From: Betaproteobacteria bacterium
GTDB lineage: Bacteria > Pseudomonadota > Gammaproteobacteria > Burkholderiales > SG8-39
NCBI GenBank assembly: GCA_947482825.1
Contig: CANKMT010000002.1
Location: 5,166 to 69,165, forward strand
Reading direction: 5' to 3'
DNA length: 64,000 nt
In this document: positions 57,194 to 64,000 of the stretch, piece by piece
How positions within the stretch are numbered: position 1 is the stretch's first letter
How the letters are laid out: every line of letters begins with the position of its first letter
The notes under the pieces: model-generated
The model's input: the letters and a program-made list of their open reading frames with translations, nothing else
Databases searched by the model: none
What the model was told of the DNA's origin: nothing
Translations under genes and position numbers: made by a program

Positions 57194-58156
57194 CTACTCG
57201 GCCTTGATGTTGAGGCGCTTGAAAATTGCGGCGTAGCTCGCCGATTCGGCCTTGATCGTTTCGAGAAACGGCTGCCCGGGCTGGCCGGTCACGTCCATCC
57301 CCGCGCCGACGAGCTTCTTGACGAGTTCGGCGTCCTTCAGGACGGCGATGATCTCGGATTCAAGCTTGCCGGTGATCTCCGCGGGCGTGCCGGCCGGGGC
57401 GAAGAATGCATACCAGACCGGGAAATCAGTCAGCTCCATCCCGGTAGCTTCGGCAAACGTAGGCACGTCCGGCAATACCGCCGAGCGCCTGGGGCTCATG
57501 AGCGCGAGGGCTTGCAGCTTGCCCGAGCGGATCAGGCTCACTGCCGGCGGCAGGCCGACGACACCGAAGGTGATCGAGCCTGACATTGCATCGGCCAATA
57601 CCGGCGGCGCGCCCTTGTAGGGCACCTGCACGAGGTCGAGCCCTGCTTTCTCGCGCATCGCCTCGACCGCAATGTGCATGGCCGAACCGGTCCCTGGCGT
57701 GCCATAACTGTATTTGCCGCGCTTTTCCTTGATCAGCGCGAGCAGTTCCTTCATCGTCCGGTGGGGCGCATTGCCCGCACTCACCAGCACCGAAGGCACG
57801 GTGACCGTCCTCACCAGCGGCGCAAGATCGCGGACCGGGTCATACGGCACCTGCTGCAGGTTCGGCGTGATGGTGATTTCGATGTTCGAACTCGCGAGGA
57901 TGGTGTAGCCGTCCGCGGGAGAGCGCGCCACCGCCTGCGTGGCGATCGTGCCTGCTGCACCGGGCCGATTCTCGACGACGATCTGCTGGCCGAGTCGCAC
58001 GGACAGCGGCTGCGCTATCAGCCTTGCCATGATGTCGACACCGCCGCCCGCGGGGAGCGAGACGATCATGCGAATCGGCTTGTTCGGGTAGGGCTGCGCG
58101 GCGGCAGGCAGGGCCACGAAGGTGCAAAGGGCCAGTACGATGGTTTTGACGTTCAT
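57194..58156 (-). CDS. Bug/TctC-family substrate-binding protein
   Basis: Signal peptide then AQPYPNKPIRMIVSLPAGGGVDIMAR. Confidence 0.9.
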   Translation of the reverse strand: MNVKTIVLALCTFVALPAAAQPYPNKPIRMIVSLPAGGGVDIMARLIAQPLSVRLGQQIVVENRPGAAGTIATQAVARSPADGYTILASSNIEITITPNLQQVPYDPVRDLAPLVRTVTVPSVLVSAGNAPHRTMKELLALIKEKRGKYSYGTPGTGSAMHIAVEAMREKAGLDLVQVPYKGAPPVLADAMSGSITFGVVGLPPAVSLIRSGKLQALALMSPRRSAVLPDVPTFAEATGMELTDFPVWYAFFAPAGTPAEITGKLESEIIAVLKDAELVKKLVGAGMDVTGQPGQPFLETIKAESASYAAIFKRLNIKAE

Positions 58157-58201
58157 AGGTCTCTCCCCGGGAGTACGGCGGCTGGCGCGTCCCGGCGCAC
58201 G

Positions 58202-59170
58202 TCAGTCGGCCTTGATGTTGGCGTCGCGCACGAGCCTTCCCCAGCGCTCGACTTCGGCTGCGATGAACGCCTGCGCGCTCTCAGGGGAGCTTGCGACCAC
58301 TTCGAACCCCTGCTCGCGCACCTTCTGCGTCATTTCGGGCTGGCGCAACGCGTTCATGGACTCCGCGTGGATGCGGGCGATGATTTCCTTCGGCGTACCG
58401 GCCGGCACCATCAACCCGGTCCAGTTGGTGATCTCGAAGCCGGGTAGCCCCGCCTCGGCCACCGTCGGCACGTCGGGAATCAGCGCGTGGCGCGCGCTGG
58501 TGGTAATGGCGAGCGGGCGCAGCCTGCCGCCTTTGATGTAAGCGATGCACTCGGGCAGGTTCGATACGATGAAGTCGGTGCGTCCACCCACGAGGTCGAC
58601 GAGCGACGGTGCGCCGCCCTTGTACGGGACATGCTGGAGGTTGACCTTGGTGAGCACCCGGTAGAGTTCGAGGCCCAGGTGCGGCGGGGTGCCATTGCCG
58701 CTCGAGCCGGCCAGCAGTTGCCGGCTGCGCCCGAGCGCGGTGAGTTCGGCCAGCGACTTCACCGGCGAGTCCGGATGGACGACCACGACCAGCGGCATGG
58801 CGCCCAACACTGAAACCGCGGCGAGGTCTTTGAGGAGGCTGTACTGCGCCTGCGGGAACAGCGTCACGTTCGTCGCGTGCGTAAGCGTCATCGCGAGCCA
58901 CGTATAGCCGTCGGCCGCCGACTTGGCCGCCATGTCGGCGCCGATCATCGCGTTGCCCCCCGGGCGGTTATCGACCACCACGGACTGCTTCCAGGCCTCC
59001 GAGGTTTTCTGCGCCACATTGCGCGCCATGATGTCGGTCGCCCCGCCTGGAGGGAAAGGCACTATGTAGCGGACAGGCTTGGCAGGATAGGCTTGGGCCA
59101 GCGCCGCACACGCTGCGGCCAGGGCAGCGGCTGCGAAAGCGCCGCAAAACACTCGACGGGTGATGCTCAT
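58202..59170 (-). CDS. Bug/TctC-family substrate-binding protein
   Basis: Internal ATG MSITRRVFCGAFAAAALAAACAALAQAYPAKPVRYIVPFPPGGATDIMAR. Confidence 0.9.
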   Translation of the reverse strand: MSITRRVFCGAFAAAALAAACAALAQAYPAKPVRYIVPFPPGGATDIMARNVAQKTSEAWKQSVVVDNRPGGNAMIGADMAAKSAADGYTWLAMTLTHATNVTLFPQAQYSLLKDLAAVSVLGAMPLVVVVHPDSPVKSLAELTALGRSRQLLAGSSGNGTPPHLGLELYRVLTKVNLQHVPYKGGAPSLVDLVGGRTDFIVSNLPECIAYIKGGRLRPLAITTSARHALIPDVPTVAEAGLPGFEITNWTGLMVPAGTPKEIIARIHAESMNALRQPEMTQKVREQGFEVVASSPESAQAFIAAEVERWGRLVRDANIKAD

Positions 59171-59235
59171 GCGATTGCCTCCTTGTGTGCGCGTTTCGCC
59201 CCGTCTTTGCGCGGGGCTGCGCGCGATTGCGGATC

Positions 59236-59937
59236 CTAGCGGGTAATCGCCAGCGCCGCGCCGAACGGCCCGGCACTGACCCTTTGGTAATACAGCGGAC
59301 AGTCGCGCAGCGTGTAGCCGCGCATCTCCATTACGAAACCGGTGGCGCCGCGCGCAAGGCCCAGCCGGTCGCACGCGCGCGCCCGCAGGCTTTCGAACCT
59401 GATGAACTGATCTGCGCGCAGAGTCGGCACCGAGAACTGCTGGCTCAGCAGGTCGCGCAACGAGATCCGCTCCAGCGCCTTGGCGTCGAGCTTGCGCAGC
59501 GCCGCGAACTCCGACTCGGGCAGGAAGAACTCGCTGAACAAATCGAATTCGCCGCCCACGCTGATCATGCGTTCGATTCGGATGAACGGCCCGGCCGTGG
59601 CGAGAAACTCCGCCCACGGGCCCCGCTGGCGCACGCTCTTGACCGAAAGCACGTGAAGATAGAGCGGGAGGTCCTCGCCGAGATCGTTGCGGAACCTGAG
59701 GTAACGTACGTCGGCAGGGCCGAGCTTGCCGCCGGACACGAAGGTCCCTCGCCCATGCTCGCGCACGATCAGTCCGCGGTGCGCGAGCTGTTGAAGCGCC
59801 TTCTGTACCGTGCCGACGCTGGCCTTGAGGCTTGCCGCGAGCTGCTCCTCGGAGGGCAGTCGATCGCCCTCGCGCAGCGCCCCGGACTCGATGCGGCCAA
59901 TGACGGTGTCACAGATGCGCTCGAGCTTGGTCGTCAC
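59236..59937 (-). CDS. GntR-family transcriptional regulator (HutC/UTRA subtype)
   Basis: GTG start MTTKLERICDTVIGRIESGALREGDRLPSEEQLAASLKASVGTVQKALQQL (winged HTH) followed by a UTRA-like effector domain. Confidence 0.85.
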   Translation of the reverse strand: MTTKLERICDTVIGRIESGALREGDRLPSEEQLAASLKASVGTVQKALQQLAHRGLIVREHGRGTFVSGGKLGPADVRYLRFRNDLGEDLPLYLHVLSVKSVRQRGPWAEFLATAGPFIRIERMISVGGEFDLFSEFFLPESEFAALRKLDAKALERISLRDLLSQQFSVPTLRADQFIRFESLRARACDRLGLARGATGFVMEMRGYTLRDCPLYYQRVSAGPFGAALAITR

Positions 59938-59948
59938 GCCGCGGCGAC

Positions 59949-61103
59949 CTAGATCGTGGGGCCAAAGCGGCTGATGGCCGTCTCGCGATTGTCGAGGACT
60001 TCGCTCGTGGTGCGCGTGCCGGACGCGACCTCCATGGTGTAGTCGTAAAGGCGATCGCCGACATCCGGTACCTTGCTGCCCTTCTCGATCAACTCGGACA
60101 CGTCCACGTCGATGTTGTCCGGCATGGTACGCAGCGTATTCACGTTGCCGCTCACCTTGACCGTGGGCGACACCATGTTGCCGATCGGGTTGCCGACCCC
60201 GGTGCCGAAAAAGATCAGCTGGCAGCCGCCGGCGGCGAACGCCGTCATCGACTCGACGGCGGGCGCCGGCGTCGCCATGAAATGCATGCCTTTCCTGACC
60301 GGCGGCTCGCCGTAGTCGAGCACGCCGACGAGCGGACGCGTGCCGGCTTTCGCCATTGCGCCGAGCGCTTTCTCCTCGATCGTGGTCAGGCCGCCGCGGA
60401 TGTTGTCCGGGGTCGGGTTTGTGCCGCGGATGTCGAGGCCCATCTTCATGGCGTCCTGCTCGAAGCCGACCACCTTGTCCACGAATTCCTTGCGCACTTT
60501 GTCGTCGATGGCGCGCGCCGCGAACAAATGCTCCGCGCCGAAGAACTCCGAGGTTTCGCTGATGATGATCGTGCCGCCATCGTCCACCAGCCGGTCGGCC
60601 ATGCGGCCGATCGCGGGGTTGCACGAAAGGCCCGAAGTGGTGTCCGAGCCTCCGCACTCCACGCCGATCACGAGCGACGAAGCCGGGCACGACTGGCGCC
60701 GCAGGCCCGAGGCTTCGATCGCCAGGCGCATGGCCTTGCGGGTGCCGTTGGCCACCGCGTTGATGGTGCCGTCGGGCTGCAGGTGGATGACCTCGATGCG
60801 CTTGCCGGTCGGGCGGATTCGCCTGGCGACCTCCTCGGTGGTCATTTCCTCTAGGCCGATCAACAGCACCGAGGCGATGTTGGGGTTCGCGCCCATGCCT
60901 GCGAGCGAGTTGTAAGTGATCTCCAGGTCGCGGCCGTACTGGCCACGCACGAACAGCGTCGTGATCGGGATCGTGCCCTCGACCGCATTGCATATCGCCC
61001 GCGTGATCGGGTTGCAGTTATCCATGATCGAGAGGACCCCGACCCAGTTGCGCACCCCGATGCTGCCGTTCTTGCGCGGGTAGCCGAGAAAGGTCGCGCT
61101 CAT
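59949..61103 (-). CDS. UxaA-family sugar-acid dehydratase, large (catalytic) subunit
   Basis: 384 aa. FLGYPRKNGSIGVRNWVGVLS and a conserved UxaA/GarD C-terminal domain. Confidence 0.88.
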   Translation of the reverse strand: MSATFLGYPRKNGSIGVRNWVGVLSIMDNCNPITRAICNAVEGTIPITTLFVRGQYGRDLEITYNSLAGMGANPNIASVLLIGLEEMTTEEVARRIRPTGKRIEVIHLQPDGTINAVANGTRKAMRLAIEASGLRRQSCPASSLVIGVECGGSDTTSGLSCNPAIGRMADRLVDDGGTIIISETSEFFGAEHLFAARAIDDKVRKEFVDKVVGFEQDAMKMGLDIRGTNPTPDNIRGGLTTIEEKALGAMAKAGTRPLVGVLDYGEPPVRKGMHFMATPAPAVESMTAFAAGGCQLIFFGTGVGNPIGNMVSPTVKVSGNVNTLRTMPDNIDVDVSELIEKGSKVPDVGDRLYDYTMEVASGTRTTSEVLDNRETAISRFGPTI

Positions 61104-61396
61104 TTGGAAGTCCCTGCCTGGTCGCCGCGGCCGCGGACCGACTCGACGTTGTGGATGTGGACATGGGCGCCGGACCTGATTGCAGCGCTCGCCTTGCCGA
61201 TGATGGTGCCGTACTTGACGATCTCCTGGCCTTCAGAGGTGTCCTTGATGCACACCTTGTGGCCGAAGGGCACGTCGGCCAGCAGCTTGACGGTCCCTTT
61301 CGCCTCGCCCTGCAATGCGCAGGCGTCGCCGGCCTTGCCAGTGTCGATAAGCGTTGCCACATTGTCCGATTCGTTCAGCACCAGCGCGCGGGGCAT
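61100..61396 (-). CDS. UxaA-family dehydratase small subunit (SAF domain)
   Basis: Internal ATG MPRALVLNESDNVATLIDTGKAGD...VPFGHKVCIKD...IGKASAAIRSGAHVHIHNV. 4-nt overlap with the large subunit. Confidence 0.82.
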   Translation of the reverse strand: MPRALVLNESDNVATLIDTGKAGDACALQGEAKGTVKLLADVPFGHKVCIKDTSEGQEIVKYGTIIGKASAAIRSGAHVHIHNVESVRGRGDQAGTSK

Positions 61397-61468
61397 CACC
61401 GCCTCCTCAACAAATGGGCCCGGCACGCGCCGGACGGGAACCCAGCATACGCGGCGCCCTTTTGGCGC

Positions 61469-61494
61469 GTCAAGACCTATATAGGACTGTTGAC
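61469..61494. promoter_or_regulatory. Candidate operator in the divergent promoter region (possibly the GntR site)
   Basis: GTCAAGA-CCTATATAGG-ACTGTTGAC: a perfect 10-bp palindrome flanked by GTCAA/TTGAC. Confidence 0.3.
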
Positions 61495-61593
61495 CACGCC
61501 ATTTCCGGGCTGTATGGTGCGATCCATGAAAGCCTTCGCCTGCGTTTGGATCGCGGCCACCCTGTTTGCGGTTGCCGCACATGGTCAGCCCAA

Positions 61594-62616
61594 ATGACCT
61601 CGCAGGGCGCCGGACGCAAGCCCACTGTCGTTCTGGTCGGGGGCATTTACCATTCCGATGCGGACAAGGTGCTGAGACAACACGCTACTGTGGTGGCCCT
61701 AGAGCAACCGGCGCCCCTCGAAATTGCACAGGCGCTGACAAGAGCCGACGCAGCCATCGTGCGCTACCCGCACCTCATCAACGACGCGGTGCTCGACGGC
61801 GCCAACGCTCTGGTGATCGTCGCCTCCTCCGGGCGCGGCACGGACTCGATCGACGTGGACGCTTGCACCGCGCACGGCGTCGCGGTGGCCAACAACCCCG
61901 GGTACGGCACGGTGCCCGTTTCCGAGCACGCAATTGCCATGATGCTCGCCCTGTCCCGCAACCTCATCGGCAGCGGCAAGGCACTGCGTTCGGGGGGCGC
62001 ATGGGACAAACGAACGCAACTCGACGTGCGCGACATCAACGGCCGCACGCTCGGGATCGTCGGCCTGGGACTGATCGGCAGCGAGATGACCCGCAAATGC
62101 ATCGCGGCTTTCCGCATGAAGGTGCTGGCCTACGACCCTTACGTCCCGAAATCGAAGGCCTCCGCGCTAGGCGCGACGATGGTCGAGGACCTCGACGAGC
62201 TCCTCGCGCGCGCCGACTTCGTGTCCATGCACCCGGAACTGAACGACGCTTCGCGCGGCATGATCGGGGAGCCGCAACTGCGCCGGATGCAGCGCCACGC
62301 CTTCCTGATCAACACCTCGCGCGGCAAGATCGTGCGCCAGGACGCCCTGCACAAGGCGCTCGCAGAACACTGGATCCGCGGCGCGGCGCTCGACGTGTTC
62401 GAGGACGAGCCGCTGGCCGAGCCCAGTCCGCTGTGGGACCTCGAGAACCTGATTCTCACTCCGCATGTCGCCGGGCTGTCCGGGGACGCGCTGCGCGAAC
62501 TGGCCGAGTCGGCCGTCAGCCAGGTGCTGCAGGCGCTGAGCGGGCAGCGCCCGAAACACCTCGTCAACCCGGCCGTGTGGGACGCCGCCCGGGCGCGGCT
62601 CGCCTGTACCGCTTAG
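61594..62616 (+). CDS. D-isomer-specific 2-hydroxyacid dehydrogenase (PGDH/GyaR-like)
   Basis: Internal ATG MTSQGAGRKPTVVLVGG. GIVGLGLIGSEMTR NAD motif, LINTSRG, catalytic-region PHVAG. Confidence 0.9.
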   Translation: MTSQGAGRKPTVVLVGGIYHSDADKVLRQHATVVALEQPAPLEIAQALTRADAAIVRYPHLINDAVLDGANALVIVASSGRGTDSIDVDACTAHGVAVANNPGYGTVPVSEHAIAMMLALSRNLIGSGKALRSGGAWDKRTQLDVRDINGRTLGIVGLGLIGSEMTRKCIAAFRMKVLAYDPYVPKSKASALGATMVEDLDELLARADFVSMHPELNDASRGMIGEPQLRRMQRHAFLINTSRGKIVRQDALHKALAEHWIRGAALDVFEDEPLAEPSPLWDLENLILTPHVAGLSGDALRELAESAVSQVLQALSGQRPKHLVNPAVWDAARARLACTA

Positions 62617-62637
62617 ACATATCCCTGGAAGGCCTGC

Positions 62638-63105
62638 ATGAACATCGCATCGCACCTGGACAAGATCGACCGGTTCGAGAAACTGCGCGCGCGCCTCGAC
62701 ACGATGGGCGATTTCGAGCTCTGGTTCTGGGCCGCCATGAACGCGGGCACCAACGCCGTTAACGCCGCCCTGCATCATGCCGGCGCAACCGTCGCAGACG
62801 ACGTGTTCCCGACGCAGCCCGGCGTGTACCTCGTTCCCGGCAAGGACGGGGCGCTCGAGCCTGCCTTCCGAGCGCCGGGCGACGTCCTGCATGTGGGCCG
62901 CCCTAAGATCGAAAGCAAGCTCCCGACCGACGTGACCGAGATGATGCTGGCGATGGAAGTCATCGAGCACCACCGCGACCCCTGCATCCGCGGCGAGCGA
63001 GATGCGACGCCCGAAATTGCAGCCGAATGCGCACAGGCGCTCGCCAAGGTGCTCGCCCTGTTCAGCCAACGCATGTCCACCCCGGGGAAAGCATGGAAGC
63101 CCTAG
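62638..63105 (+). CDS. Hypothetical protein (paralog of the next gene)
   Basis: 155-aa ORF, good coding look, no recognised domain. Confidence 0.55.
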   Translation: MNIASHLDKIDRFEKLRARLDTMGDFELWFWAAMNAGTNAVNAALHHAGATVADDVFPTQPGVYLVPGKDGALEPAFRAPGDVLHVGRPKIESKLPTDVTEMMLAMEVIEHHRDPCIRGERDATPEIAAECAQALAKVLALFSQRMSTPGKAWKP

Positions 63106-63461
63106 ATCACCGCCAGCGCGCCGAACGCATTGAGCGCTCCATCGCCAAGTGCGGGGACGCGGACCACGAGATGAAGATCGAAGGCGCGATGCTCGCTGGG
63201 ACGCATTGGGTGAACTTCATCCTGCACAGAATGGGCGTCACGGGGGCGAACCTCGACGTCATGCACTCTTACATGCTGACGGTGAACGAACTGCGCAAGT
63301 ACAGCGTCGCCGATGCCGAAATGATGGCGGCAATCGCCGAGATCGAGGACATCCGCCCGGCCCATGTGCGAGGCAATGTCCCCGGCGGACCTTCGGCGGC
63401 CGATCGCGCGCTGTTGCTGCTCGCGACGCTGCGCGGCAAGGCGCAGAAACTGTTCGACTGA
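63093..63461 (+). CDS. Hypothetical protein (paralog of the previous gene)
   Basis: ATG MEALDHRQRAERIERS. 122 aa. Overlaps the previous gene by 13 nt. Confidence 0.55.
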   Translation: MEALDHRQRAERIERSIAKCGDADHEMKIEGAMLAGTHWVNFILHRMGVTGANLDVMHSYMLTVNELRKYSVADAEMMAAIAEIEDIRPAHVRGNVPGGPSAADRALLLLATLRGKAQKLFD

Positions 63462-63462
63462 C

Positions 63463-64000
63463 CTAGAAAACGATCACGCCCCGGGCGTTCTTCCCCGACT
63501 GCATGTCCTCGAAAGCCTGTGGGGCTTCGTCGATCGAGTAGCGCTTGGTGATCAACTCGTCGAGCTTCAGCTTGCCGGCCATGTAGAGCCCGAGCATGCG
63601 CGGGAAGTCGACGCGCGGGACGCAGGAGCCGAACATGCTTCCCTGCAGCGTCTTCTCCTCGAACACCATGCCCGGCTGCTTGACCGAGATCATGTCACTG
63701 CCTCGCGCGACGCCGACGATCACCGCCTTGCCGCCACGGCCGATGGCCTTGTACGCGGTTCCGGAGAGTTCGCCGTTGCCGACGCACTCGAACGCGTAAT
63801 CCGCTCCGCCGCCGGTCAGTTTCTTCAACTCCTTCACCGGGTCCTCGCCGGGCTTGAGCAGCAGCGTATGGGTGGCGCCGAAAGTCTTGGCGAACTCGAG
63901 CTTCGAGGCCACGGTATCGACAGCGATGATCTGGCGCGCGCCCGCGATTGCCGCACCCTGGATAGAGTTGAGTCCCACGCCGCCGCAGCCGAACACCACC
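63463..64000 (-). CDS. Zinc-type (MDR) alcohol dehydrogenase, C-terminal part (5' end outside window)
   Basis: VFGCGGVGLNSIQGAAIAGA Rossmann motif. The ORF is open to the window edge. Confidence 0.85.
   Translation of the reverse strand, partial: VVFGCGGVGLNSIQGAAIAGARQIIAVDTVASKLEFAKTFGATHTLLLKPGEDPVKELKKLTGGGADYAFECVGNGELSGTAYKAIGRGGKAVIVGVARGSDMISVKQPGMVFEEKTLQGSMFGSCVPRVDFPRMLGLYMAGKLKLDELITKRYSIDEAPQAFEDMQSGKNARGVIVF

Overview
High-GC chromosomal segment that looks like Burkholderiales (Betaproteobacteria). It carries six Bug/TctC-family periplasmic binding proteins, one TRAP transporter, one complete and one decayed LIV-type ABC transporter, and many CoA-dependent catabolic enzymes. 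I recognised no rRNA, tRNA, CRISPR array, transposase or integrase. Most of the window is ordinary catabolic housekeeping: a P450/aldehyde dehydrogenase/GMC oxidoreductase operon, a CoA-transferase/acyl-CoA dehydrogenase/HMG-CoA-lyase-like/LeuCD-like cluster, fadBA-type beta-oxidation genes, a DsbD/redoxin pair, and a GntR/UxaA sugar-acid cluster. The exception is an accessory island at about 37.8-47.4 kb. It holds three PIN-domain toxin-antitoxin (TA) modules, a Uma2 nuclease, a HigB toxin paired with a HigA-ImmA fusion, and a diversity-generating retroelement (DGR). The DGR has a reverse transcriptase (RT), an Avd accessory gene, a 126-nt template repeat (TR), and a matching variable repeat (VR) at the 3' end of an FGE/C-type-lectin-fold target gene. 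By hand alignment, 12 of 14 TR/VR mismatches fall on TR adenines. The DGR architecture is unusual in four ways. The TR lies downstream of the RT and is read in frame inside the RT ORF. A DUF4258/YgiT zinc-finger TA-like pair sits between avd and the RT. The RT stop codon overlaps the start of a vapBC module. The target gene is 5'-truncated and frameshifted, and it abuts a truncated livM at one deletion junction. All family assignments come from reading the supplied translations, with no database search, so they are hypotheses at family level.
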